Shown: positions 50,875 to 64,000 of the stretch, one piece after another
How the letters are laid out: each line of letters begins with the position of its first letter
How positions within the stretch are numbered: position 1 is the first letter of the stretch
Source of the DNA: Rhizophagus irregularis
Taxonomy: Eukaryota
Direction of reading: 5' to 3'
DNA length: 64,000 nucleotides
NCBI RefSeq assembly: GCF_026210795.1
Contig: NC_089432.1
Coordinates: 1,488,001 to 1,552,000 of the forward strand
Position numbers and translations under genes: made by a program
The notes under the pieces: generated by a model
The model's input: the letters and a program-made list of their open reading frames with translations, nothing else
The model's database searches: none
What the model was told of the DNA's origin: nothing

Positions 50875-53800
50875 ATGGAAGGAAGTTCAAGTCAGGTAAA
50901 TTATTATTTTAAACAATATTAAAATTTAATTAATTGCATATCATTAAAACTAACTTTATATAATAATAGAGTGGAAATTCTTCTACTAATACTGCTTCTG
51001 GTAGCTTAGAAAATAATGACCCTGTTTCATATAAAACGATTTTGCATAAAAATATGCTCAATAATCATATCCTTCTCAAATTAGAAGAGGATGGATTCAC
51101 TACGCCAGATGATAAAGTAGAAGAACTTTTAAAAAATCTAACTAAACCAAGTTATTTATATGCACTTAAATTACTTTTTGAAAATTTACAAAATGAATTT
51201 TCATCTCAATCATTAATAAATTCGTTAGAAGCTCTAATTGATTCCACCTCTTTTAATTATTATTCAAAAGAAAGCATGGCTAGACTAGAGTTACATTTAA
51301 GGACTTGGGTGATAGTCTTAGAACGAATTTGTTTTTCACTAATAGTACTTAGTAAAGAACTTCGAGATAAAGTTTATAATTCTTTAACAAAATTTGCAGA
51401 AATTCATCGTAAAACAACTCAGGTCATCGAAATAGGACTTGGTAATAATTTTAGACCAAATTTCAATCAATTCAATCAACAAAACAATAATCAAGATGAA
51501 CAAATTATTAAAAAACGTAATTATAATATTGATTTTTTATTAATCCATTTGCGAGATACTCTTCATAGTCTACGTGATGATGAAACTTGGTTTCAAGAAA
51601 TTATACGAAGAACTAAAGATTTTCTTAAAGCTGCATTAAATATTACACCAGGAATTTTATCAATAGCAGGAGTTTCTCTTCCAAATGATAATTGTTCAAT
51701 CTTATCATTGCTTACTCAAGTACGTCAGAGTTTAAGTTTTAAATACCCAGTAGCATCTTATTATGTAGATTGGAGAATTATGTTAATAATTCAACATAAT
51801 CTTTTCATTTGGTCTGAAAGTGAAAAGATTATAAGTAAAAAATTTGGAGAATTAGTATTAATGGAATATATTTGGAGCTTTTTGGAAAGAGAATGGGTTA
51901 ATTCTGTGGACAAATCTATTTTAGATTCTCAAACAAAATTTGATGAAGTATCAAATAAAGTTGCTAAAGCTTTGAAAAATACTGGAGGTTTTTTAAATGA
52001 ATTTGCTGGAAATGAACCTATAGCACTACCACATAGTTTGTGGTTTGGAATATTAGATCTTGCACAAAATCTTATCCAAAGATCATCTCGAACAGCAACA
52101 TATGGTCTTTGTTATTATTTAGCAATTGAATCACTTAATAAAGCACCAAGCAGTTTTATTCAATTTAAATCTATTGAATTATTATTAAATTTATATAATA
52201 TTGATAATAAAATGTTTTCAATGATTGAAATTGATTTTGATCAATACACGCAAAAATTAAGTGAAAATAATTTGGAAGATTCTTTAGAAAAATTTCGAAA
52301 TTTATTAACTTTTGTTAAAGGGAAATACCTTGAAGATTTAAAAACTCTAAGTAATAATACTGGAAAAGGAAAAAACTCAAATCAAAATTTATATTTAAAG
52401 AAAGAACAAATATCAAATTGTAACATTTTAGATGTTATAGCAAATGAAATTACTTGTCCAATTAGTAGTGAACCAACTGATCAATTATGTATTTTAAAAT
52501 GCCAACATATATTAGCATTAAGCAATTTAAAAAAATTGAAGCAAGAGATATGTCCTAATTGTCGAGAAAAAATTGAAGATAATGATATTAGATATTTACC
52601 ACAAAATTCAATTTATAAAAATTTATATTCAAGATTTTTTGAATCTGGATATATTTTACCTTCAATTGAATTAGAAAATTCTGATCAATTATATGACAGT
52701 GATGATTCAGATAATTCGGAAGCTGAACTTATATTAACTAAAAAAAAGAAATTTATGAATTCAATTATTAAATTAAATTCAAAAATATCATCCCCAATAC
52801 TTTCAAGAATTACAAAAAAACAACATCCAACATATCAAAATATTATAAAAGAAATAAATGAAAAAAATTATGAAAAAGCTGAATCTTTATGCAAAGAATT
52901 TATAAATTTTTTTCCTAAAAGTTATTCTTTAAGATGTATTTTAGCGTATATTTATAGATGTCTTAACAATTACGAGCAAGCTCACTTATTTTTAAAAGAA
53001 GCTATTAATTTAAGTCCCAAAAGACCAGTTGCTTATTTTATTTGTGGAGAAATATTTTTTAGACAAAATAAATATGATGAAGCAATAAATATTATAGAAA
53101 AATCATTAGAATATAAAAAATGAATAACTCATATATATTACTTGGAAATAGTTACTTATCACGTACTAGCTATTATGGTTATATTAATTATAGTAATTGT
53201 ACAGCAGCTATAGAAAATTATAATAATGCATTAAAAAATGATCCAAATAATTATTTATGTCTTAAAAATTGTGCATACGCTTATGAAATGGGAGAAGATT
53301 ATTTAAGTACATTAAATTTATTAGATAAATTATTAAATATCAATAAGGAGGATTCTTTGGTTTTATGTTATTATGGAGAAATTTTATATAATATGACACA
53401 ATATAGAAAATCTATATCATACTTTACAAAAGCTTATACTATAGATCCAGAAAACATCCATAACTTGAATAGGAGAGCTATTACATACTGTGTTATTAAA
53501 GAATATGATAAAGTATTATCAGATCTTGATAAAATTATACAATTAGATCCATTAAATAGTTCAGCATATTATCTTAAAAGTTTAACGTATTATACAAAGA
53601 ATGATAGTAACAATGCTAAAATATCATTTAAAAAGTATGCAGAATTATTGAATTCTGATAATATTTTAGCAAAGATTCAGTTATTACATCTAGAATACTT
53701 ACTAAATAAAAATAGTTCTAAAGATTTAAACGATATATTAACAAAAATCGATCAAATTCATTATAGTAGTATTAATGAAAAAGTATTTCTACGGTTTATT

Positions 53801-54861
53801 AAATGCAAAATTTATATTGAATTAAAAGAGTATAGTAAAGCAAGACTAATTTTAGATTGTACACCGTACTATGATGGATTTGAATCTATGAGTTATTTTA
53901 TACAAGATCATCCCGATTTTTGGTCATATTTATATAAAGTTTGTGAAATTAACAAAAATGATTTTACCAAATTTGGAATTGTCGATGAATTTAGTAAATA
54001 TATGTATCGAAGTAAGAAAATATTAAATTATTTATTATCTTCTATTTATGTTAATGATAATTAATATCTTAAACTCATTAGAACGTGAAGTATATTTTGT
54101 TTCAAATCTTACAAATTTGAATAGTGAACTTTGTCAATTTCAAGAAAGTGATATAAGCAGGTAAAGTCTACTCATAAATAATACTTTAAGCCAAATTGTC
54201 TTAAGTACAAATTAATCATAATTTTAATATTAAAGTTTATCAGGGCTGGTATTGTCTTCTAAAAATGAAAAGCTTCATTTGGTTTTACCTATACTAAACT
54301 TTATTTATACTTATGATTATTTCATTTGTAAAATGAATGTTAAAAAAATATTATCTAAGGATTGCTTTATAAAATTTACACTCAATGGCGTAAGTTAATT
54401 AATTAAAATCTCTATTATTTTATTTAATTTTAAATTAATATTAACTTAATTATAGAATTATCGAGATTATATGTTAAAACATGAAGATGTATCAAAACTT
54501 GAGGGGTTAGGTTGGATAGAATATCAGACTTCAATACGTGACCTACATTATGATGGTCAATTTTCGATTGAAATTGAAATAAATTCAATTGAAATGGTAT
54601 GTTCCTATTTACTTATTCAGATTAATTTCCTTTTAGAACAAAATATAATAATATTTTTTATTCACGTAGCAAATAGAATATATTCGATTAAGTTATAGTA
54701 GTCAACCCATAATAACTCACTTTACCAACATAAGTTCAATGGGTTATTTATTTCCAGTTTATCATAAATTTTTCTCAAATGTTCCAGAAACTTTCAAAGA
54801 CAAGTATTTTTCAAGAAAAGAAATGGAAAATTTACTTGATTTAAAAGATATCCTTAACTAG
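50875..54861 (+). CDS. Large protein with degenerate RING/U-box-like finger and TPR repeats; 1-nt frameshift at about 53120 (assembly error or young pseudogene)
   Basis: Micro-exon 50875-50895 splices in frame to 50970; CPIS..LKCQH..CPNC; TPR-like helices on both sides of the frame break; further GT-AG exons, the last about 54670-54861 ending LKDILN*. Confidence 0.75.
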
Positions 54862-55808
54862 TGTTTCGATCCGTTTCCGGGTTCAACCGGATAAACCCGG
54901 ATAAATTTTTTTTTTAGGTATCCGGATAATTACGGTTTTTACCCGGATAAATATCCGGATAAAAAATAGTAAGATTAACCCGGAATCCGGATAAAAAACA
55001 ATTTTTTTTTAAAAAATTTAAATCACTTATTAATTTTCATAACACTTCATATATTTTTAATACTATGATTCAATTTGGTAAATTCATATTATATAAAGGC
55101 TAGATTTTACTTTAAAGATATAATAATATATTTTTTATTATTTTTAATTATTCATTAACTACAAGGAAATAATTTTAAATTATATCGCATAATTTGAATA
55201 TAAAATATTAAATTCGCGGCATTTATTATTAAATTTATATAGTTCAGCATTTAATTATATAATATAGTTAATATTATACAGTATTTATTTATTTTGGTTA
55301 TTTAGGACTAGATTAACTGTAATTTAAATTTAATAAATAAAGGATAAATGCTATAAATTGATTAATAAATTTTACAAGAATCCCATGAAATTTAATTGTT
55401 ATAAATTTAATAAATGCAACGAATTTAGTTCAATAAAGCCACAAATTAAAGCCACAGATTTAATCAAATAAATCATGAATTTAATCAAATAAAAGCCACA
55501 TATTTAAGTAAAAAATACACTAATTTAATTAAATAATGCCACATTTGAATTTAATAATTGCCACGAATTTAATTAAATAAATGTTACATATTAAATTAAT
55601 TAAATGCCATATATTAAATTAAATGAATGCCACAAATTTTATTTAATAAAAATAATCTATAGTAAAAAAAAATTTTGTTAATTTTATCCGGGTTTCGGTT
55701 TCTATCCGGATATATCCGGATTTTTATCCGAGTCGGATAATCCGGATAGAAACCGGATATTTTTTTTAATTTATCCGGATGACGGTTTCTGCCCGGATCG
55801 AAACACTA
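54859..55808. mobile_element. hAT-type non-autonomous element, 950 bp, 8-bp TSD tccttaac
   Basis: Perfect 15-bp TIR TAGTGTTTCGATCCG / CGGATCGAAACACTA; TSD at 54851-54858 and 55809-55816; many subterminal ccggat motifs. Confidence 0.95.
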
Positions 55809-56339
55809 TCCTTAACAGCTTATAATTATTTACTTTTCTTAATATTACCATTTTTGTTTCAATATACTGTACTTTGAAAATTTTTTAAAATTGAACCATT
55901 TTATCTGTAAAAGAAATCTTTCGTTTCAGAAATTTTTTATTGAAAAAAATTAAAATTGATACATATTGGAAATTTACTGTTTACTCCTGGGAAAATATAC
56001 AAAAAAATTTGTATGGTGTAGAATACTTCATAAATAAAATGTTTTATGTAAAACGTTTATTCAAATTTTAACTAGAATATAACAAGTTTATTAGTTAAAT
56101 CTAATAGATGTTTTATTATTTACGACAAACATCACTAAAACAAAAGGTTTTGTATATTATTGTATTTGGTATAATAAATTTTATTTAACGAATTATAAAA
56201 TGTATATTTTTATTTTAATCTTTACTAGACAAAATAAATAAATTTATTTGTCATACTCCCATAGACCGAACATGGCTTTTAGCCTACCCAAATTAAGATA
56301 ACTTCAAAATTCATAAGGCTTTTAGTTATAATAAAATGC

Positions 56340-56610
56340 TTCACTTCAATTTTCAATAATATTAATAATTTCTTTAATAGGCGAATTATCCCAACATTTT
56401 ATCATTAAATCCAAATAAGATTTTGGAGTTCCTTTAATATCGAAAAATTCATTACGTAATAATAATATATCATATTTTGGTATAACACTATTACACTATA
56501 ATTTGAATCTTTCATAAAGATTCTGAAAAATTCTTATAAAACGTTTCCCACTATGAAAATCGCGGTGTATGTATCCATGATCATGTATAACTGCTACTTC
56601 CAATAATATT
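56340..56610 (-). pseudogene. TKL kinase remnant (catalytic loop and C-lobe pieces)
   Basis: Minus-strand pieces IHDHGYIHRDFHSG and IKGTPKSYLDLMIKCWDNSP, separated by deletions/frameshifts. Confidence 0.75.
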
Positions 56611-57319
56611 TCTAATCAAGCTGAAAATATTAGAAGGGGAGAAGATGATATGGAGAAAGAAAAATGAGAGAAAAGACACCATTAATATAAGATTTGTTTA
56701 TTTTTTATGATAAAAAACGTTATATCATTTTTTTTCACACCCAACGTGCAAAATCAGTTTCATTAATTCTTTGAATTTTTTAATTCTTTAAAAATTAAAC
56801 ATTGAGATTCTCTTATGCTTTTATTATTTTATTACTAAATGAAAATAAATTAATATATTAAAATTTAAATGTTTTAAATTGATTATAGTAGTATTTATTA
56901 TAAAAGAAACAAAATAAAAAAAAATAAATCATTCGCTTTGACGACAAAGAATCACTCTATAGTTTAATTCTTCATTTGAAAAAAGAGGTCCTCTTATTTT
57001 GTCTTATTAAATATTTATGTAAACCTTCAATTTTTATAATACTGTATATACCAAATCTCTAAATTTATTACCAAGAGCTTCTTTATAAATTAAAATAATC
57101 ATGTTTTTCTACTTTACTTATCTTGGAATTATGGCCTAAAAGAAGTTATTATCAGCGTCATAATTTTTTTATTCAATATGTATAAATATAATAAAGAAAA
57201 AAATTTTTGCTTTGAACCAATTTCAATTTATCGTGGCATTACAAAAAAAATATATATACAGTATATATCATAAATAATTTGCAGAATTACTTTTTTGTTT
57301 ATATTACATATCAAATGAT

Positions 57320-57598
57320 TTCATATTATTAATCATGCAATCCAGACATTCATCAATTTCTAGAATTTCATTCAACTTTCAAATAGTAAAATCAAAGTAA
57401 ACAACTTGTATAATATGCTTGTGGATGAGATTTAGTAGCAAGATTATTATGCCCAATTGGTGTATTTATAAATTCCATTATTTCCATATCATCGCATTTT
57501 AACCCTTCGTTAATATCTTCAATTCTATATACATAAGGATCAATAATCCATTCTTTAATAATATTTAAAACTTCCTTAGAAGATGGCCTTTTTGCCAA
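57320..57598 (-). pseudogene. TKL kinase C-terminal tail remnant
   Basis: KRPSSKEVLNIIKEW...SHPQAYYTSCLL, a tail typical of this expanded kinase family; abuts a retroelement remnant. Confidence 0.75.
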
Positions 57599-57599
57599 C

Positions 57600-58220
57600 T
57601 AGTTATTTTACTAAGCTTGAGACTTGTAAGTCGGTCGAAAGGGTTGTATTGCATCCACAGTTGAGTGAATTCCCAATTAATGAGATTGTGTAAAGCGAAT
57701 TTTCTAATGATTCTCAGGGATTTATGTGTCAAATGGAACTCAATTAAACGATATTGAATGGGGCGCTTAAGCGCTTTTCGTATATTTCTGTCTATAGTAA
57801 TCGTATCGTTAAAACTACGGTACAGACTTGTGAATCTATACCCCTCTTGTTCACTGACGATATTATAGGATTCGATAAACCTAGTTTTGCAAGTTAGTCA
57901 GCTTCATCATTAAATAGGTCGTCTGAATGTGTCTTGACTTTCGTTAGAGTAACTAGATCTAGTTTTAATTGAGAAGTGATAAGTTTGTCGCTTGACAGAT
58001 TAAGAGTTTAAGACATTATTAATTTTTTGCAGTCGTCTATCTGTGATTTTGACCGAGTAAAGAGAATTAAAATTCTGAATCGTGGCCTGTGAATCTGTAT
58101 AAATAGTAACTTTGCAATGTTTAGGGCAAATTAATAAAACTGTAAAAATAGCGAATCATGCCGCTTTTGTAGAACTAGCCCAATGTCAATTGTTCCATTG
58201 TGTGTTAATACAATATTTTC
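57600..58220 (-). mobile_element. Decayed retrotransposon (probably non-LTR) RNase H region
   Basis: Minus-strand WASSTKAA*FAIFTVLLICP..CKVTIYTDSQ and KVKTHSDDLFNDEAD*LAK are RNase H motifs with stops. Confidence 0.75.
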
Positions 58221-58744
58221 GGGATGACAATATATATTCCATAGTGGTTTTAGGCCTCATATACTATTGGGGTCATAGCGTAACGTGATTCATGTGATTT
58301 GACTGTGCTAAGTGTGGCTATAGAAATTGCTCCACTTAGTTATCTTCATAATTGTTGCCCGTTGGCCTAAATTAACTTCCTTACTTAACCCTAAGGTCAA
58401 CACTAACCCCAAAGGTAAAAGTTTCAGCCTAAACTAACCTTCCTTACCCAACGCTAAGATACTCCAACGTCAATGTTATCTCCAAGGATAAGTATTTTGC
58501 CTGAACTAATTTTTTTCACACTAACCCTAAATTACTCCACTCCAAAGATGGTTGTTTTGAGAATATAATGAAATTTTATAGATGTTAATTTATAAGAACA
58601 AAACAAATTCTTTTAAATTAACAAAATTAGAGTAATTATTTATTAAAATAGAATGTAATATTAATTTACAATAAAATTTATTCAATTCAATTTATTAAAA
58701 TTCATTAATTTAAAATAAATTATTGTAAATAATGAGTGTTATCA

Positions 58745-59324
58745 GTATGCCAATTCCATGTTAATGGCATGATTCGCTTATTTTGATATTAAATGTTCAA
58801 CATCTTCAACTAATTTAATAATAGGATTAAATGTTTTTTTTACAGCTATACATCATTTAATATTGCCAGCTAGCTTTTATGCGCATAAAATATTTCTTTG
58901 GGAACAGAAAACCATTATGTTATATCATTGCCTTCATATAGATGATTATGATTCCAGTGGTATCCATCGGCATCTTCAATCAACTCAATGATTTTATCTG
59001 CAATTTCCTTGGTTGAAATCTCATTAGTAAACTTGTATTACTTACTCGGCAATCATGTAAACATAATTCTTGGTTATTGGAAGATATGCCTTCTAAGAGA
59101 TTTATGTTTATTTCACTTAAAAAATTAATTTCAATAATTTTCAATATGTCAGTTTGGCAATTTTTTATTTCTACAAGAGTTTTTTGTCTTTTCTCAAATC
59201 TTTGGCAACAATTATTACAAATTTTGAATTGTTAACACCTTTAGTTCCATAACTTGTAAATTCAAACGATGGCTTAAATAATTTACAACCGTTGCAATAG
59301 ATAGATATCTTTAGAGAATTCCAT
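58745..59324 (-). pseudogene. Decayed ORF, possibly the N-terminus of a MULE-like transposase
   Basis: Broken translation YCNGCK..KPSFEF and IIELIEDADGYHW; multiple frameshifts. Family assignment is from recollection only. Confidence 0.3.
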
Positions 59325-60994
59325 TTTTATATTTATTTAAAAAAAAAAAAGAATACAATTTTTGATTTTAAACCCAATTTTGTAAATATAGAATATTCAT
59401 TTAAATAATAAGCGCAAACGCGAAAAAAAATTATGCGAAATAGATCGTCGGTGCAAAAACTGCGCCATACGCCGTATAGCAAAAAAAAGTTCACATATAT
59501 AACAAATCACATGCTATAAATCACATGCCCGAGCTTTTTTTGATAAGAACATGTGTAATTTATTTCTGGCCTACGTTTTTATTTTAAATATTTTTATTTT
59601 TTTTTTGACTTTTTTTTTAATTTTTTTTTTCTAACTTTACTTTTCTTTTTTTTTTTTGATTTGATCATTTTTCTAAAACCGAAATTTTTTTTTCAAAATT
59701 TTTTTTTTCGGGGGGGGGGGGTTTTTTTTAATTTTTTTTAATATTTATTTTCGGTTTATTCCTTTTTTTCTTTTTTCGGTTTTTCTAAAACCAAAAATTT
59801 TTTTTACAATATTACGATTTTTTTCCTTTGTAATCTATACTATATTTTTTTATTTATATTAATATGAAAGCATCTCTTATTTATATTTATTTTTATTTAT
59901 TAAAAATTTATTATAACTTCAATTACAAAATCATTAATATTGTTATGCAATCTATATATAAATTAAAAACAAAATCTAAAAAAATTCACTAAAAAACAAA
60001 TAAAATTTTCGTGTGATCTTATTAGTCAGGAAACAATATCATTGACTAAGAGAAAAAAAATCTCACTAAAAAAAAATTCCTACTAAACAAAAAAATTCAC
60101 CTAAAAAAAAAATTCTGTGCAAACTTATTAGTGAAACAATATCATCGACTAAAAAAAAATCTCACTAAACAAAGAAAATCGAAAAGCAGTAGATCAACAT
60201 TCCTGATCAATCCAAAAAAAGAATAAGCAATATTTTTTTCAGGTTTAAAAAAAAAAACAATTTAAAAGAATTTAATACTAACAAAAAAACTTCGATAAAA
60301 AAAATAAAAAATTCTAATAAAAAAAACCAAAAAAAAAAATTTAAAAAGAAAATTTCAAATTTAAGAAAACCAAAAAAAAAAATGATAAAAAAAAAAATTA
60401 ATTTTCGTTTAAAAAATAGAAAAAATCCGATAAAATAAAAAAGAAGTTTCGAAAAAAAAATCACTAATACATAACTGGTTAGTTGCGACAATCGAGATCC
60501 GCAAATGAAGTACAATTAATAAGAAAAACTGTTAATATTAAAAAAATATTAATCCATCACTGATCAGAATAAAAAAATCCGGTTAAAATTTCATTAACCG
60601 GAAACGTATTAGCTTAAGGATTGGCTACCGCAGTCATGTGTAAAAACGATCACGTGAATGTGACATTTTTCTATGGTGATACTGGGGAAATTTGTGTACA
60701 TCAAATTCTTTTAATAGATTGGGCGCAGGAAAATTATATTTTTCAATGTTACACAACTTAAATTAAACAGGGTAATCTAATTATCTAAGCATGGCGAAAT
60801 TTTTTTATGTAGATGTACATGGTAAATAATAAACCAAGTCGATAAAGAATTTGAAAATATTATTTTATAGTTAAATTTTAATTATATTTATTTTTAATTC
60901 CTTACATCAAATTTTAGTATAATGGTGCTCAAGTTCTAAAAAATGTAAGTTAATTAAAAAAAATTTCATAAAATAAGCATAATATTATTAATGA

Positions 60995-61440
60995 TAAATT
61001 CCGGAAATATGAGCCTTTTACAGAAAAAGGATGAAATATAAAAATTGGATCGACTCTTTTTACAGGGTTTCCAAACAGTTTCAAAGCGTCTTGAGGGTCC
61101 TACAATAAAAAAAAAATTGAAATGGAATGTTAGAAACATTGCTATGAAAAATTTTATCCGTAAAAATGATCCTTTCACGGATCCTTTCACGGAAAATGTA
61201 AATAATTCAATAAATTCCGTAATATAAGGTTATTAATTCTGGAAATATGAACCTTTTACGGAAAAAAAGATAGAATATAAAAATGGATTGACTTGTTTTA
61301 CAGGGCATTTATTAACGTTCCCAATTTACAAAAGTGGCCCTTCCTCATCTCTTGAAGAAGTACCTTCCGGGCGTTTCATCAGTTCCTTGAGGGTCTTACA
61401 ATAAAAAATATTGAAAATGGAACGTTAGACATGACCTTCT
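60995..61440. repeat. Dispersed repeat with internal tandem unit of about 240 bp, copy 1
   Basis: ttccggaaatatgagccttttac...acagggtttccaaacagtttcaaagcgtcttgagggtcctacaat shared with 63265-63667. Confidence 0.8.
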
Positions 61441-62790
61441 TTGCGAGGTCGTTCCGTCAGTTTCAGAGTACCTGGAGCCCGGAGATTGTTATTAAAAAAA
61501 TAAATTTTAATTTTACAGCTGATTTCATAATAATAGTTACCGAGAGACAACTCGGTACATTCGGTAAACCTCGGTAAAGTTCAGAATAAGGTTAAACTTG
61601 CAGAGCAGGCAAAAATACACATACTGTACAGTTTTTAAAAAAGTTTGTATATTATTTTACAAATCTTTATTACGAGATTTAAGATACAACATTTATTCAA
61701 CAGGAATGATTTGATAATTTGATGAAACAATGATAATATACACTTATTCTTACCGTTATTAAACCTGCCCCTAAATCTTGTCCATAAAATTTCTGAATGC
61801 TGTCCTTAATGCTTCATTTACTATCCCTCGCACTTAATACATTTCGTCAAAAAACATTCCTTACAAAGTATGTACAAATTTAAATAAATCTCCTTGCAGC
61901 CGGATATAGCTTTCATTGATTATTTTATTTTAGTATTACGAAGTGTAACAATATAAACGTTAAGGTTTTAAAGTATTTAAACTTAAATCAATGAAAACAG
62001 AAAATGAAATGAAATTCCGTATTCGACAAATTTGAAGAAAAGAAAGAGAAAGAAGGATATAAAAATAACTGTAAATATTTTTCTTTTACATTTTTTCATT
62101 CGTTAATAATCATTAACAGGAAGTTTGTAGCATAGCATTACAAGTTAGAAAAAAAAGCAAAATAAACCATTTGTATCAAAAGAATAAAATAAATAAGGAT
62201 AACAAAAATATAATGCAAATATGTAATAATACAATTATATAAGTAACTTATAACTAATCACCTAAAAGAAATTACAAAATAATTTTTTTAAATAAATTTA
62301 ATTAGTTTTAAATTATAAATATGTAAATGATAGTATTAAATAAAATAACTTATCCCCTATATTATTAAATAATTTTTTAAATAAAGATTTTATTTAATTT
62401 AATCGTATTTAAATATATAATAACAACGAGATAAACTTAAAAATCAGCTAATTCAAAAATTTTTCTAGAAATGATTTCTTTATGTATTTAGTTAGTATAA
62501 AATCGATAAAAATAAATAATTTTCGGCGAAATATCCATTCGGCAAATCTCGTGAATTTAATTAAATTTTATATGCTGTATTATGAAATAATTTTTCATAC
62601 ATGATTATCTTTATAACAAGAGCATGCCATGAACATATATGCATATTCAGAGAGTATCATTATTCCACGACATATCACCTCCAATTTAAAACGAAATTTT
62701 ATTACAACTCCTATAATCATAAAAACATTAATAACTAAATAAAAAGCTCCCGAAGATTATTTATTTATTTCAAATGGGGGATCGGTTCAC

Positions 62791-62945
62791 TTAGCAAATT
62801 TTAAAGAACTCGGAAATATTCGGTAAAGCTTGATATAAAATAAAAATCATACGCTAATTTTGGAGTATTATTCTGAGAATGGTGGTCCAATTTTATCTTA
62901 TTTTGAACTTTACCGAATATTTCCGAGTTCTTTAAAATTTGCTAA
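62791..62945. mobile_element. Small MITE-like element with perfect 38-bp inverted repeat
   Basis: 62791-62828 is the exact reverse complement of 62908-62945. Confidence 0.8.
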
Positions 62946-63264
62946 ATGTCTCGTTGTAAAACCGACAATCACTCAAGCAAAGCTATTATCAAAGGAAATT
63001 GAATTAAATCTTTTTTTTTTAAAGTTCATTACAGTTGAAAATAATAATAATAAAAATTTTTTGAGGACATTGATAAGGCCATCATTCCAAACTAACAATT
63101 AGTTTAACGTCCTTTCTGGCTCAAAAATTTGAGGGAAGGAAGGGAATAATTTAAGCAAACATGACATTTAAACATTTTAAAATCGGATATATTTGGTACC
63201 ACTCAATTTTAGTAAAGAGGGGTGCTTTAGGCATTTCAAAAATGGGGGGGGTGACGTTAGCTCT

Positions 63265-63667
63265 ATATCCGTTATTTCTGTAAAAAACTCCGTAAAAATG
63301 AGCCTTTCCCGGATCCATTCACGGAAAATGTAAATAAATCGATAAATTCCGCGATATAAGGTTATTAATTCCGGAAATATAAAAAACGGATCGACTCTTT
63401 TTATAGGGTTTCCAAACAGTTTCAAAGCGTCTTGAGGGTCCTACAATAAAAAAAATTTGAAATGGAACGTTAGAAACATCTCTATAAAAAATTTTATCCG
63501 TTATTTCTGTAAAAAACTCTGTAAAAATGAGCCTTTCACGGATCCATTCACGGAAAATGTAAATAAATTGATAAATTCCGCGATATAAGGTTATTAATTC
63601 CGGAAATATGAGCCTTTTACGGAAAAAAGATGGAATATAAAAAGCGTATTGACTTTTTTTACAGGGT
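63265..63667. repeat. Dispersed repeat with internal tandem unit, copy 2
   Basis: Two tandem units starting tatccgttatttctgtaaaaaactc; similar to 60995-61440. Confidence 0.8.
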
Positions 63668-64000
63668 AGAGCGGCCTAATTAAATGACAAGCTCCTGAAG
63701 TTATCCATTTATTTTCAAAGGGGATTGGTTCACCGACAATTACCTCACCGAAAACCTTTCTCCTGCAATTATCACAATTGAAAATAATAATTATATGAGA
63801 TAATAAAAAGGTTGATACATTTTAATATTTTTACTAATAAAGACAATATTAAAAAAGAATCCTTTTCTATTTTTATGCGAAAGACATAAAAATATACTTA
63901 TTTTAATCATTTAAAGTATTATAAAAGTATTGTATATGTCAATGATTGCCCCTATGAAGATCCCAACGCTCATAATCCTGACACTCATTATCCCGACACT

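Noticed and set aside
58365..58540. Telomere or telomerase template (ctaaccctaa)
   Set aside because: Only isolated motifs within degenerate 60-70-bp repeats; no tandem TTAGGG tract.

Overview
Very AT-rich, intron-containing eukaryotic DNA. The gene families present (HRDFHSGN-type TKL kinase remnants, a large TRP-like channel, RING/TPR protein, zf-3CxxC protein) point to an arbuscular mycorrhizal fungus (Glomeromycotina, Rhizophagus-like); this is an inference. Apparently intact genes, with splicing reconstructed by hand: a secreted, probably GPI-anchored cupredoxin-like poly-Asn protein; a secreted Thr-rich protein ending in a knottin-like module; an FAD-dependent monooxygenase followed by two decayed tandem copies; a 75-aa Gly/Val-rich protein; an NHX1 Na+/H+ exchanger carrying a U12-type AT-AC intron; a hevein + CE4 chitin deacetylase; a zf-3CxxC protein; a secreted ([11 protein letters not shown])n repeat protein; and a TRP-like channel. 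A RING-TPR gene has a 1-nt frameshift and takes its stop codon from an inserted hAT-type element. Intergenic DNA is full of MITEs (several with clear TSDs), LINE/MULE remnants and pseudogene fragments. Two related GC-rich non-coding islands remain unexplained. No rRNA, tRNA or CRISPR array was recognised.
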